Assembly: GCA_013265495.1 (NCBI GenBank)
Contig: MU057847.1
Coordinates: forward strand, 269,260 to 333,259
DNA length: 64,000 bases
From: Vicugna vicugna
Taxonomy: Eukaryota
Reading direction: 5' to 3'
Numbering within the stretch: position 1 is the first letter of the stretch; the number at the start of each line of letters is the position of its first letter. Both the position numbers and the translations under genes were made by a program. Shown here piece after piece: positions 50,586 through 63,609 of this stretch. The notes below the pieces were generated by a model. It worked only from the letters and a program-made list of their open reading frames with translations. It was not told where the DNA came from and searched no databases.

Positions 50586-52389
50586 TAGTGTCCTACTTAG
50601 TAGTTCTACTGTCATAAGAATCTTCCCCGAAGAAGGTGGATGTGGTAAATTTCCCAATTAGCAGCCAGCCCTCAGTGAAGCATGTTAAGGGCCAGAACAG
50701 GGGAGGGAGGCAACAGGCCGAGCCAAGGCATTACAATTACAAGGGCTGAGTGAGACATGTTTCTGACTGCTTTATGGGCTCTGCAACCTCACTGCTTCTT
50801 TGCTTTGAGCCAAGTCAATCACGCTGTGTCGTGGGGTAGGGGGGTCAGGGAGAGGAAGGAACAAAACAGACTTTCCTGCTGGCAGAGGTGTGTGGCCAGA
50901 CTATTAATCGCCTCGCAAAAGGAGGGAGGTAATTGCAGATGCATATGATGGAAGCAGAAAGCCCTGGCCTAACCAGCATCCCTCCCACCCAGGCGAGGCC
51001 TGAGAGTTCATAGCAGCTGGTCAGAAAGCTCATGGCCATGAGAACAGGGCAGGTTGCCAGAGTGGAATCTGCACATCAGCCTGTGCACCCTGCCCAGACT
51101 TCTGACTCAGAGGTGGTGACGAATAGGCTGGGCTGGTTCATCAGCACAGGGGACCCAGGCAACAGGCTGGCAGTGCCTTCTTTGAGGACTGAAGTCACTT
51201 CCTGTTTGGGACCCCAAGCCCTGAGCTGCACTCCCACACAGCTCAGGCCTCCATGGAGGATCACAGGTGGCTCCCAGACCAATGGAAAAAAATGTGAGAA
51301 TAAGCCTATAGGTAATTGAGGGAGCCTCAGATGAAGACTAAAATGTGACACCTCTACAGAGTACCAAATCAGAGAATGAATGAAATCAGCATTCAAATCA
51401 CATTCTTACTCAAAGCCTGAATCACTCTTACAAAATAAGACTTAGTTTCCACTCCCTCTCAGGGCTTCAAATCCTTACTATAAAAAAGAGCATTATGTTG
51501 TCATTACAGGAAATACCTCATAATTCTGGCTTAGGTGAGGTATGGCGAGTTAGAAATAACTGGCTTTGTACAGATAAGGGAATCTTATCCTTTAAACACC
51601 AAAACGTTTAAACAGTCTCTTCTATGGCCTGAAATATACAGGTATGTATTACATGCTCCCCAGATTTCTTAATTCATCAAATCTTTTTGCCAGCTAACTC
51701 AGGGTAATCAGAATCAACATCCTTTATTATGTTATACTACTTTGTTTTTCTGTCTCTTTTCAGGATATCAGGCCTTCGGTCAGCACTTCCCCTTTCAGTG
51801 TGTCTGAGCTTCTTCCCCCATGGCCCCCACTCCAATATCTCTTCCTGTTGCTTCTATCTGTACAGCTAGGAACCAGATTACAAAACTCTTCAGAGCTATG
51901 TTATAAACAAGGCACTAGAAAAGGCCTAGGGAAAAATTTGTGGCTTCAGTGCTATCTCTGTGTGTTTGAGGGAGTTGGTGGCTATTTCTTGCTTGCAGGT
52001 TTGGGGCAAATTTCCAGAGGACAGAAGTTGCCAGAAGCCTGGCCTGGGGTTAAGTGCTGTGCTGCTGGATATCTGCCTGGGATCAGGCCAGGCCTCAAAA
52101 TCCCCTATCCCCACAGCGACTCCCTAGCTCAGACGGCTCTGAGTGACAGGAGATTGGGAAGATGACAGAGAATAAACATGAGGCCATGCTAGATTCTTTT
52201 TTCAGCAAGAGAAGTGCTGACTAGAGCAGGGACACCGTGGGCTGGGGGGTCTGCTCTCACCTCCAACAGAGGAGCATCTCTGCACTGTTCCCAGAACTGG
52301 GAAGCACTGAGGAAATTAAAAAGGTGAATTCTCATGCTTAGGCAGATCCTGAGAGAAACTCAATGACATTAAAAAAAAAACACTAATCA

Positions 52390-52767
52390 ATTTTTAAGCA
52401 CACAATAAGTTACTGTTAACTAAAGGCACTATGTTGTACTGCAGGTCTCTGGAACTTAAAAATCTTGTATTGTATTACCTGTAACTTTATACCCATTGAG
52501 CACCAATCCTCCAGTGTCCTCATCCCCCCGACCCCTGGTGACCATCATCCTTACTTTTGACAACTTTAGATGCCTCATGTGAGAGGAAACATGCAGTATT
52601 TGTCTTTCTCTGAGTGACTTATCTCACTTAGCATGTCTTCTAGGTCCAGTCATCTGTCCAAATGCACCAAATCATATATATTAATTATTTGCAGGATACC
52701 AATTATACCTCAATGAAGCTAGAGAAAAGATGATAAATAAGCCATGGGCTCTACCTTAAAGCAAAAT
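52390..52767 (+). mobile_element. 5'-inverted (twin-primed) L1MA-type insertion
   Basis: Inverted 3' UTR segment (~52390-52658) joined to a sense 3' tip ('caattatacctcaatgaagctagagaaaa'). TSD aaaaaaa(a/g)cactaatca on both sides. Confidence 0.8.
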
Positions 52768-55216
52768 AAAAAAAGCACTAATCAGAAGTAAGGTAAATAA
52801 AGTGAATTTTGAAGTTTCCTAAATGTAGCAATACTTGAGATCTTTGAGGTCTTTCTTTAAAATCTTGGGAGAAAAGCAACACATGCAATTGACAATGTGA
52901 TAGCAATAGCCATCATGTGTTCCATCACAGAACCAGTTAGAAACCCTTTTCATGGTCAATGCTTCATCTGAGACGCTGCAGAGAAGGCCATTCTTTCTCA
53001 CATCCTCAGCAACACTTCAAAATTTCTATTGCTACTTTAAGAAGCAACACTTGAACTGTTCTATTGTCTGTAATATTATGGACAGCTAAATCCCCACTGC
53101 ACCCACATCCTCTGGAGGCAAGGCTCACCACAGGGTTCTGCACAGGGTATAAAAGAAGGACTGCCTAGGGGATGGGGGCCTGCCTTCTCGGGACCTCTAA
53201 TCCCAGAGTGCCACCTCTGTCCAACCATTAACCCCCAAACGATGCAGAGCAGTCTTCGTCAGCCTGTTGCAATGTCATTTTTAGCCCAGGATGGAGGTAA
53301 TAATGCAGAATCCACAGGCCATCACTTTCTTATTTTGGCCTGGACATCAAACAGCCAGTGGGATGATGACAGTGGAAAAGTTATTTTATCATCTCTGAAC
53401 CTTGATTTGACCATTCTCAAGATACAAGGGATGAAACTTGTCCCTCCCTAGTTTCCAGATATTTGGAGATGATAAACAAAGTGCTACAATGGAATATTTT
53501 AGTTTTTAAGGTGAATTACTTTGAAGTCCTTGGAAAGATCATGTAAGTCTGAGAGATTCTAACTCAAAAGTCAAGTATCTTCACTCACTTAAAAGTTTTA
53601 CTAGAAATCATACACAACATCTGAAACTAAAGACAGAAAAGAGAAAAAATCTTTGGTTTCAATGTTGGGAATAGGGAGGAACCTTGGGGAGGAACCTGAG
53701 TGAGGAAAGTGGCAGTCAACAGCAAGGATATAAAACAGGAAGAGGAAGACATGAAAATGTCAAATAGAAGAATTAAACTTTTGTTACTGGGAAAGAAAGA
53801 GGGAAACGTAAACAACAACCATCAAGCAATGTTTTCCCATTAAGAAAATGTGAAGAAGTTTTTAAAAGTGGTTCAACCTGGAATAACTGAGAGACAATTT
53901 AAAACACATTATAAAGGATATACGTGTATATGTGTGAAATAAATTTAAATGGCAAACTCCAACCAAAGTGCATGTTGTACCTGGGTCTTAGAAATCTTCT
54001 AAACATAATGAGCTTGGCAGTGATTCTAGAAGGTAAGGGCCAGAGTATTGCAGTGAAGCCAAGGGAGAGAAAGTGGAAACTAATCATTGTGACCCTCTTT
54101 CAGATACAGCTCTTCCTAACCCCTACCTCATTCCATTTCTGCTCCCCCCATCTAAGACAACCAGCTAATCAGCCAACCAGCCACTCTGTTTGGATAACTT
54201 ACCTACATCTGGTTTAGGGCCTACCCTTCAGAAAGATAGATATGCCAGAGGCAAGGAAGCTGGGTTGAAATTCTGACAGATGTGCACTCCTGGGACTGAT
54301 CTGCACTGACTCCAGTCATCCCTTTCCTATGGAAGACACTAAAGGCAGTAAATTACTTTGTTAGTTTGCTCATGTAAGAGATTCAAAGGGAAAATAACAA
54401 CAACAGAAGCAAACTGTTGCAAGGGCTGGGCAACCAAGTCACCACGTGCCACAGGACTGATTTTCACACACACACACACGGTCTTATATACCCTAATGCT
54501 TATGGTTCAGCTACACACTTTAAGTCAGATCAAGAGCAGCCAACCACTTTCTAACTCTCAGGTCCCTTCTGGGAATTTGGTTATTACTTCTAGTGAGAAA
54601 TCTGGAAATGACTCCACCGGCCCCCCTCTTCCTGGGAGAAGGACTGCCTTAATTACAGAGAACGTGGCTTTGGGAAGGGATTAATTTCCCTCTCTCACTG
54701 ATACCCAGGGACTGGGGAATTCTGCTCCCTCAATCTTGTCAGAGGTTCAGCCATAAATTAATTAACCCTGGGGCATTAGGACCACTAGAGACGTGGGCAG
54801 CCTGCCCCAACCTTCTATGAACTTCACAAAGAACAACTCTTACACTTTCTCATCAAGCACTCCCGTAGCTCCAGTCAGACCTAGAAACTGGGACCAGTGA
54901 CAAAGGCATCTGACCTGGGGCAATTCTTATGTTCACATGAGTGTGACTCGGAGGACAGAAGCAGAAGGGAGAACGTGTGCTTCATGGTGAGCGCTAAGGG
55001 TGGGAGGAAGAGGACCGTACCTAATGAATAGGTGAGCACTGCCTGTCCTGTCTCCTCTCCTTAGATAAAACAAGCACTGGCCATCAGGCTGAACAGGTGG
55101 TTTGGGGCTCACAGTCCAATCTGTTGCAGATTAGAAAAGCAGCATCACTCACACACTCCCTGAGAGTGGGGTGGGAAGTGAGTAGTCAGTCGGTACCTAG
55201 GGGGTAGAGAAGAGAC

Positions 55217-55538
55217 TGTTAATAGCCACCAAATATACAGGGTATACTTCTACATATCCTATGAAGTTAGAATGGGGCAAAGTGATTAGTTTCTTCCACT
55301 GAAATATGTGCAGAAGTGATGTGTGTCACTTCTGAGATGAGGCGTTTAAGGCAGGTGGGCTTCCAGCTGTCGTCTTCTCCACCATGGTGCCCTTGGAGGT
55401 CATGTGTACCAGATGGCACCGCTACAAGACAGAAAACAGACAACAAGTCTGCATCAAGCCTTATTTACGTGAGCAACAAATAAACCTGTGTTGTTTATTT
55501 GTTATTTCATCAGAGTCTAGCCTATCCTGACTAATAGA
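55217..55538 (+). mobile_element. MaLR LTR (MLT1I/J-like)
   Basis: 'gcagaagtgatgtgtgtcacttctg...ctagcctatcctgactaata'. Confidence 0.8.
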
Positions 55539-57289
55539 GGAGCCAAAGCAGCGGCCCATCCTAAATGCCAGAGACTGTGGTGCAAGAAATTAACCTAGTC
55601 ACACTCACAAACTCTACGAGGATGATTGGATTTCATGTCTCCCAAGACTTTCTTCAACAAAGCATTGTCTCTGAGGGAGGATGGTTCATTCTAAAACAGT
55701 AACTTCAAGTGTAAAGGCCACCTCTCCCAAGACATATGTCTTCAAAATAAAAAGCATCCAAAATTTAATATTCAACAGCTCATGAAATCTCTTCCCAGGC
55801 ACCTATAACCTCCTGCTGCTTCCCATTTTACTAACATCACTGGACACAAACACTTGCTTATAGCCTCTATAAACAGAACTTCCTCATAAATTCAGGTTCC
55901 CATAAAAACCAAACAAGAGCAAAGTAAAAAAGGAGCCACAAGTAAGGTTCCCTGTATCGAGACCATCTCAATTTGAGGGCCCTGGCTCAATCCACTTTTA
56001 AAGTTTAGAACAGGAAGAAGAGTAACTTCCCTCATTCACTGTCTCTGAAACATCTGGATCTCTCAGGGAGCCAGCAAGGCTAGCCTGAGATAAGAGGCAC
56101 AATGCTTTAACGCTTGAACCAAGAGGACTGGGGACAGTTTCGGCCTGGCACTCTTCACACAGGAGGGAAGACCTCTTGGCTACTTTCCCCTGCAACCTGC
56201 TGAAAGCTCCGCCTTTCACAGCGTCTACCTACTGCGATGACAGGGACCCCGTAGATGACTGCTTGTTGCAAATGACCAAAATGCGTCTTTAAAAATGTGT
56301 CTTTCAAAGGCATGTCACATTATCAGTGTAAGTTTGAGAAATTATACACATACATATATTTTTCTTGGGCTGGGACTTGATGGAAATGTTGATGTATTCA
56401 ACCCCTAATGAGAAGGCCTGTTTGGTGGCTGGGGCTACAGGAAAGCCACAGCCTGGACCCTGACTCTGCAGCTGGAATCTGGTTCTGGTGGGAGGAGGTG
56501 GTCGGAGAAGTCCTTACTCTCTGATCCAGAAGGACTTTTCTCAGCATTGCCCAATGTTCCTGTTATACAACATGCAAAATAAATAACCAACCTCAAAAGT
56601 CAGGCAGCCAAAGCTCACTCAATAATAAGGCCTTTTACAAGCTGCTTATCACTTGCCAAAATCAGCTCCAGAGGAACACCAGGAACTCTGAATTGTATTG
56701 TTCTTATTCACTACATGGGGGATCTGGACAAGCTTCACTGGCTTTATTGGTTTCCCAACAGACAGAAGACATAATGTTTTCATCTACTGGGACCCTGTTC
56801 TTAATCTCAAAATTTGAAATCTTGCCCCATCCCACCATCCCTGAGAGGTCTCTAGTAGAAGTGGGAGTTAGAAAGGGGTCTTGGCCTTTTCTTAGAAAAC
56901 ACACCCAACTCTCTGCTTTTCCTAACACCTGATTGTTGGGGTGAGGCAGGAAAGACTGTAAATGCCAACCTCCTCAGCAAATTCATCGGGAGGGAGGGAG
57001 GGAGAGGGCAGGACAGAGGCATCTGAAATGCAGTCTTCTGCCTGTGAGGGCTCTCTGGCTTACCTACAAAAAGAAAGAGAAGTTTTTGCTCAAGGAAAAC
57101 TGTCCAAAACCATATGTGGTGCACTTAGGTTGGCCTGACAATGTGTTGTTGTTGGCCCAGAATGGTTTCTGTGGGTTTCAAAATACAGGATGGGGCCTCT
57201 TGTTAAGGAAATCTCATGGAAATTCATTTCTGATGAACTGCAAAAGGGATTCTGATATATATGCGACATTCTTATCCCAGGACCCTCAA

Positions 57290-58380
57290 CCCACTGATGC
57301 AAAGCTCAGGATGTCCCTCCTCTATAAAACTTCATCCCCTTCCCTGTCCCCTCACTGGTCCCTCTCATAAAACTGCCCCTTTGCTCCGCCAGGCTCTATA
57401 CACCCTGACTTGTTCACTCTTTTCTTCACTAGCTGATGGGTTTTCTTAGAGCAAGAACCAAGCCTTACTCATCTTTGTACCTCTACTGTCTAACACAGAT
57501 CCTGAAACATCGTAGGTGTTTATTAAATCATTGAATTAACGATAAGATTAATAGGAAAATAAATATACAGCATTTGAATGTTCAGTAACTCTGTGTTTAA
57601 CTTCTTCGGTTTTTTCTCATTTTCCAGATGAGGAAGCTGAGGCAGTGAGAGGTTAATGAGCTAATAAGTGGCAAAGTAAAGATACAAACTAGGCCATCAG
57701 GCTCTAGAACTTTCATTCTTAACCACTACATGGAGTGATACCCAGCAGTAAATAAGCGAGCTGATAGAGGGCTATGCACATAAAACCATTAAATACAAAC
57801 TTGAATTAATTTCATTTAGAAACCTGGTGTATTCACACAAAAATGTATTAAGTGCCTAGTACTCTGTGCCAAGTCCAGTGCTAAGACAAGTGCATGGTCT
57901 TATTCCTCAAGGAGAAGAGAGACAAATAACAAAAGTTTATCGAGCACTTACTATGCACAGGGCACTGCTCTAAGTCCTTCACATGGATTAATTTCTTTAA
58001 TCTTCACAAATTCCCTATGAGGGCAATACTGCTGCTGCTGCTGCTGCTACTACTACTGTTATTATTATTATTATATGAAACAGGTGAGAAACTGAGGCAC
58101 AAGGCAGTTCAGCAATTTGCAAGAACCACCACTTAATCCCAAACAGCCTAGCTCCAGACTGCATGGTCTCACCCACTACACTCTACTGCCTCTTCCATTT
58201 ACAACCACACACAGCTCTCATACAACGTAATGTGCACGAGAAGAGACAGAAAGAAAACCTGCGATGGAAACACAGAGAAGGAAAGGACTGATTTTGCCTG
58301 TGAGGGGGCCCAAGGAAGGCTCTGCAGAAGAAGGGACACTTGAGCTGTACCTGGAAGATCGGAGAGTAGGAAACACATTC
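57290..58380. mobile_element. L2/MIR cluster: L2 (+) ~57290-57540, MIR (-) ~57570-57735, MIR (-) ~57925-58180, L2 (-) pieces
   Basis: 'gtaggtgtttattaaatcattgaat', 'cagatgaggaagctgaggcagtgagaggttaa', 'caggtgagaaactgaggcaca'. Confidence 0.75.
58029..58074. repeat. Compound trinucleotide repeat (CTG)6(CTA)3..(TTA)5 inside a MIR
   Basis: Directly visible. Confidence 0.95.
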
Positions 58381-59029
58381 AAATACTAACAGTACACGGA
58401 GACCAGTAAAACCTGTATGTGTTTTCAAAGCCATCAACACCAAAACACACAGCCAAGAAGCAAGCCCAGCTCAACACCGGCCTCTGCCGCTGAGGCCACT
58501 TCTCGTCGAGGAACAGGGAAATAATGAGTGCATCTGTGGCCTGGTTTTTGTATCAGTTTTCCCACTTGGTTCAAACTCTACCTGGGGTTTTGTCATGCTC
58601 ACAGTATCTGTAGGAATCTCTTTTCCTGTCCCTTCTGTAGATAGTAACAGAAAATTGAAAATGGTTCTGGAAGGGGATCTACAGGCTGTCTTTTGTGTAA
58701 CTGAGGCTAGATCCTCCAAGGTTGGCAAAGGATGCTGGAGTCACCTGGGGTACAAGGCAGACGGCTTGAGCTCACGGCCCCGGTTGTTTCCACACGTGGG
58801 GATACGCTCCCTTCTGCCAAATGCCGAGGTTCTGAGGCCAGTTTTGCTAAAGGCTGTCCATGGGTTTCTGTAGAGTGTGTTCCAGGCAAACTTGCTGGCA
58901 ACTTCCCCTCCCTCAACGTCTAGCTTCTCTGAGGATTACTGGCTACCCTGCTGAGGAATGCACGTGAGTAAGGACAAGTGAACTCCAACAAGCAGTGAGC
59001 ATTCCTGGGGCAAACTTTCCATTACTTGT

Positions 59030-60268
59030 CCCATTCTGAATACCTCTCTTGACCCCACATCCCATTCCAGTTACTGCCTCATTTCTTGCCTCTTCTTTAC
59101 AGCAAAACTCTTCAAGAGATTTGTCTACATTCCCCATGTACAATTCTTTTCCTCCCCGTCTCTCTTGAACCCATTCCAGTCAAGCTTTTGTCCACTGAAA
59201 GGCTTTTATCAAGGCCACCAGTGACCTCCATGTTGCTAGAGCCCATCAAACATTCTCAGCCCTCCTCTTGCTTGACCAACCAGAAGTACTTCTCACAGCT
59301 GATCATTCCCTCTTTCTGGAAGTACCCTCTGCACTCGCCTTCTAACCTCTGAATGTGGGAGTGTCCCAGGGCAGGATCTTGGTTCCCTTCTCTTCTCTAA
59401 CTATTCTCACTCTCTGTGATTCCATCCATCTCATAGCTTTGAATACTATCTGGATACTCAAAACTGTTTATCTCCAGCCCTAACCACACCTGGGAGTGCC
59501 AGGCTCGTATATCCCACCGCTTACTCATCATCTCCATTTCGATGTCTAATTGGCATCTCAAACTCAACATATCCAAAATTTAACTTCTGATAAACTCCCA
59601 ACCCTGTTCTTCCCAGTCTTTACCACCGCAGTCAGTGGCAACTCCATCCTTCTGGCTGCTTACGATGAAAACCTTGGCATCATATTGAACAGAAATGCTG
59701 TGTTATACAACTCCAACGGGCACCAGTCACAATTTATGCAATGCTGTTGGTGTTATGCAACATGGTGACCCTGTTTTCCTTGATTCCTCTTTCTCTCACA
59801 TCCCACATCTGATCTGCAGCAAATTGTAACAGTTGGCTCTTACCTTTGAGATAGATCCAAAACTCCACAAACTTCTCACAAATTCCACTGGTTCCAGTAT
59901 GGTCCAAGTTTGTCCCTTTATACATAATTTATTATCCAAAAACCAAGGGTGATCCTTTTAAAATATGCCAGATCACATCACTCCTACTCAAAATTCCCCA
60001 ATGCTTCCCATGTTACTCAGAATAAAAGTCGAAGTTCTTACAATGGCCTACAAGGCCTGGCATTGCTTTTTCTCTTAGCATGTGTCCCTGTCTAATATAC
60101 TACATCTTTTATCTATCTATCTCACTTATTATCTGTTGCTCATATATGAAATAAGCTCCCTGAGGTCAGGGGCTTGGTCAGTTTTGTTCACAGATGAAGC
60201 TTTAGCATCTATAGCAATACCTGACACAAAGCATATGCTCAATATATATTTGTAGATGAAATAAATGA
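59030..60268 (+). mobile_element. L2 (long 3' fragment)
   Basis: 'ccagtgacctccatgttgcta...gatgtctaattggcatctcaaactcaacat...tgctcaatatatatttgtagatgaa'. Confidence 0.9.
59690..59773. mobile_element. Small palindromic hAT element (MER91-like) inserted in L2
   Basis: cag...tgttatacaactccaac...gttggtgttatgcaaca...ccctg interrupts the L2 motif 'accttggcatcat|ccttgattcctc'. Confidence 0.6.
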
Positions 60269-60498
60269 TGGCGAAGAGGGAAATCTTTACACATGGGCCA
60301 GAATCACACCAAAACCCAACAGAACAAGTGAAATGGCATTTGGGCCAACTAGTGCTGGGACCAAATCAAGTCCCAAGAGATGTTATGTGCAGTTCCTACA
60401 TTCTACTGTTTGTTTTCCCAATGCTTTGATATTTTTGTCTGATGAAGTCTCCTGTCTTTTGCCTCTAAGGAAAAAGAAATTCACCTAGCTATAGGAAG

Positions 60499-60517
60499 GA
60501 GCTCCCCCTGGTGGAAG
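60499..60517 (-). promoter_or_regulatory. Candidate CTCF binding site
   Basis: Minus strand CTTCCACCAGGGGGAGCTC versus consensus core CCACCAGGGGGCGC. Confidence 0.5.
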
Positions 60518-61659
60518 AACTTCATCAAAGCAATGGCAAAAAAAAAATCAGAAAACAGGCTTCAAGTTACAAAGGAGATCACTGAAGACAAAGGAAGTGA
60601 CTCCAATATTTCACAGGGAAAGTTCTCAGCAGAAACAAGGGAAACTAAAGATTAGATTCCAAGTACATGGGGGGAACTTATCAGCTTATTTTATCGGTGA
60701 ACCTCTTTTGCATCTGATGATGAGAAAGAAAATAATTCATTTAAAGTTGAACAACCTAAGTAACTTCCCTCAATGAATTTAAAATCTGGTATAGGACATA
60801 CGTCACAAATACAAATAAGTACAAAACAATGAGTATGACTGTGAAAGAGTGAATAGGGGCTAAGTAAAAGGAATAAACTAAGAGCTATGACTTACCCAGG
60901 AAAGAGAAAGATTACTTTGAGCTGAGTAAATCCAGGAAGACAGCTTGGAGGGGGTAGTTTGAGCTGAGCCTTTAAAAACAGACAAAATGTTACTGAGAGT
61001 ATTCCAGGTAAAGACCTAAATGGAGGGAAGGGCCCCATATGTGAAAACCCGAGCTGTCCAATGGACCTCTGTAAGGGTCACAATTTGAGTGACAACATAG
61101 AATTCAGACCCCTCCTTGAAAAGAGCAGAGGGATTCTCAAGAGAAAAGTCCTAAGCAGAGGTAAATACAAGAGGGAACCAAAAACATATATATATATGCA
61201 TATCCCCTTTCCTTGTTTTCCTTTGGATGAGAGGAACACTATTAAAAACTATAGGGAGAAAAAAGATAAAATACAATCTCCATGATAAATAGTCCAGCTT
61301 ACATAGTGGAGGATTCAGAATCCACGAATCTAATGAAAACACTTATAGACACGCAGGGTCTATTCTGTTCTATATTTTATCTGAAGGTAATGCCCAGAGA
61401 ACCTCCTTTTCAAATGACGTTGTTTTCCCTTCCATTCACTCCTGTGCAACGTCCTTCCTGTGGAGATGCCAAAAAGCATCTTGAATCCATCCACCCCTCT
61501 GTATCTCCACTGCCATCCCCCTAGATTCTCCCCTGGTTTTGTACAACAGTCTCCTGACTGGTCTCCCCACTTACACCATGGCCCATCTATAAGCCACACT
61601 GCACACAGCAGTCAGCTCACCCGGGGATATCCTGCAGTGAGGTAAGTAACTCACGTTTC

Positions 61660-63147
61660 GTTTTTCAACTTTCCACTTGGAAATAATTAGACTTAACAAA
61701 AAAAAGTTGCAAAAATAGCACAAAGAATCCTCATATACCCTTCACCCAGATTCCCCAAATATTAACATCTTACATAACCAAAGTACAATATTAAAAATCA
61801 AGAAATTACCATTCATACAACACTATAATCTAATCAACAAAGACTATTCGATTTTTCTCCAATTGCCCCAACAATGGCCTTTTTTTTGGTCCAGGATCAC
61901 ACATGTCTCCTTCAGCACCTTTAATCTGAAACAGTTCCTTAGTCTTTTTTTTTTTTTGTCCTTTATTACCATGACACTTTTGAAAAACACTGTTTTCAAT
62001 CTGGGGTTTGTCTGATGGTTCATCGTGGCTCAATTTAGGTTATTTGTCTCGGCAAGAAGACTACAGATGAGGTGTCGTGTCCTTCACAGGGCATCCTATC
62101 AAGAGGCACAAGATATCAGCTGGTTCCATAACTACTGATCTTAACTCTGATCATCTGGTTAAGATGGTATCTGCCAGGTTCCTTTCAATGAAGTTACTAT
62201 TTTGCCCTTTGTAATGAATAAGCATCTTGTGGGGAGATACTTTGAGACTATAAACATGTATACTGTTTCTCATTATACTTTTGTCCATTAATTTTAGCAT
62301 CCATTGATGATTCTTGCCTGAAACAGTTATTGCTCTTTGGTGCCTGCCAAAAACATTTCTATTTCCATTATTCTTTCTACATTTATTAATTGGAATATTA
62401 CCCTAAACAAGTGCTTTCCCTTCACCCTCATGTATTTATTCAGTTATTTCTGTGTCTTAGTATGGACTCATGGATTCTTATCTTATTCTGTGGGTTACAA
62501 TCCATACTATCATTATTTTGTTGCTTAAATTGTCACAGATTTCACCATTGGGAACCCCTTCTAATTGACTCCTGCATACTTTTACCATGTCCCCATTATT
62601 CCACGGGCACTTTCTTACTTTCTGGCAGAGGAAGACTTACCTCCAACCTCATCTTATAGTCCCCCTGCCCTAGCCTTAGAAGCAGCCATTTCGCCAAGTG
62701 TCCTGGTTCCTTCTATTTGGAGAATGATATTTTAAAACTAAGATCTGAGTGCTAGGTGTGCTCACTGGTTTGGGGCTGTCATTGCTTGTACACCTTCTCA
62801 ACAGAGCTAGGAAACAAGTATAAATACAAACAACCATATAGCTATTTCTATATCTGTATCTACCTCTGTGTGAGTGTCTGGATTGTGGGGGTGTGTATGT
62901 GTGCACATAAAACAATGTGTTCGTACTGATACCTCTGATCACCACCAGTCATGTCTTTCCCTATGTGTAACTCCCTCCTCAGACAGACTAAAATCTGACT
63001 CTCATCATTCACAATATATTTACTTATTTTCTTGAGAGTAGAATATGTGTAGATCCAGGTTGCCAACCTACACTTCTGTGAAAAACAAGCCTACTAACTA
63101 TAGTATTTATGTATACGTTGTTAGTTTTTTTGTCTTTAGTCTTAGAA
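61660..63147 (-). mobile_element. L1MC (L1MC3/4-like) long 3' UTR
   Basis: 'aagttgcaaaaatagcacaaagaatcctcatatacccttcacccagattcccc...aagatctgagtgctaggtgtgctcactg'. Confidence 0.85.
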
Positions 63148-63171
63148 CAGTAGTTCTCAAAGTGTGGCCCC

Positions 63172-63596
63172 TTTCAAAGGTCAAAAGTCCAAGATGGGTC
63201 TCACAGGGCTAAAGTCAGGGTGTCGTCACAGGTATGTTCTTTCTAATGGCTTTAGGGGAGAATATAGACCCTTGTCTTTTCCAGCCTCTAAGTCCTCCCT
63301 ACACTCGCCGGCTTTGGGCCTGGTATTCCGTCTTCTGGTCAGCAGCACAGCATCTTCAAATAACTCTCCGACTATGACCGCTGCTCCCATCATCATATCT
63401 CCTTCTTCTGACTCTGGCCCTCTGCCTTCCTCTTACAAGGACCCTTGTCATGATATTGAACCCACCAGTATAAGCTCCTCATGCCACAACCTTTAACTTA
63501 ATCACATCTGCAACGTCCCTTTTGTCATGGAAAGTAACATACTCGCAGGCTCTGGGGATTCGTACATAAACATCTTTGGGGCTGTTATTCTACCAG
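63172..63596 (-). mobile_element. MaLR LTR (MLT1C/D-like), preceded by a MER5-like end (63149-63171)
   Basis: 'aagtccaagatgggtctcacagggctaaagtcagggtg...cttaatcacatctgcaa...catctttggggctgttattctacca'. MER5-like 'cagtagttctcaaagtgtggccc'. Confidence 0.82.
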
Positions 63597-63609
63597 TTTT
63601 TTTTTAAGT

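Noticed and set aside
53145..53156. TATA box (TATAAAAG), and similar motifs at ~45525 and ~30694
   Set aside because: Expected by chance in 64 kb, with no supporting promoter or first-exon evidence.
58471..58923. Overlapping ORFs on both strands in a CpG-containing patch
   Set aside because: No recognisable protein and no convincing splice-site pair. It could still be regulatory.
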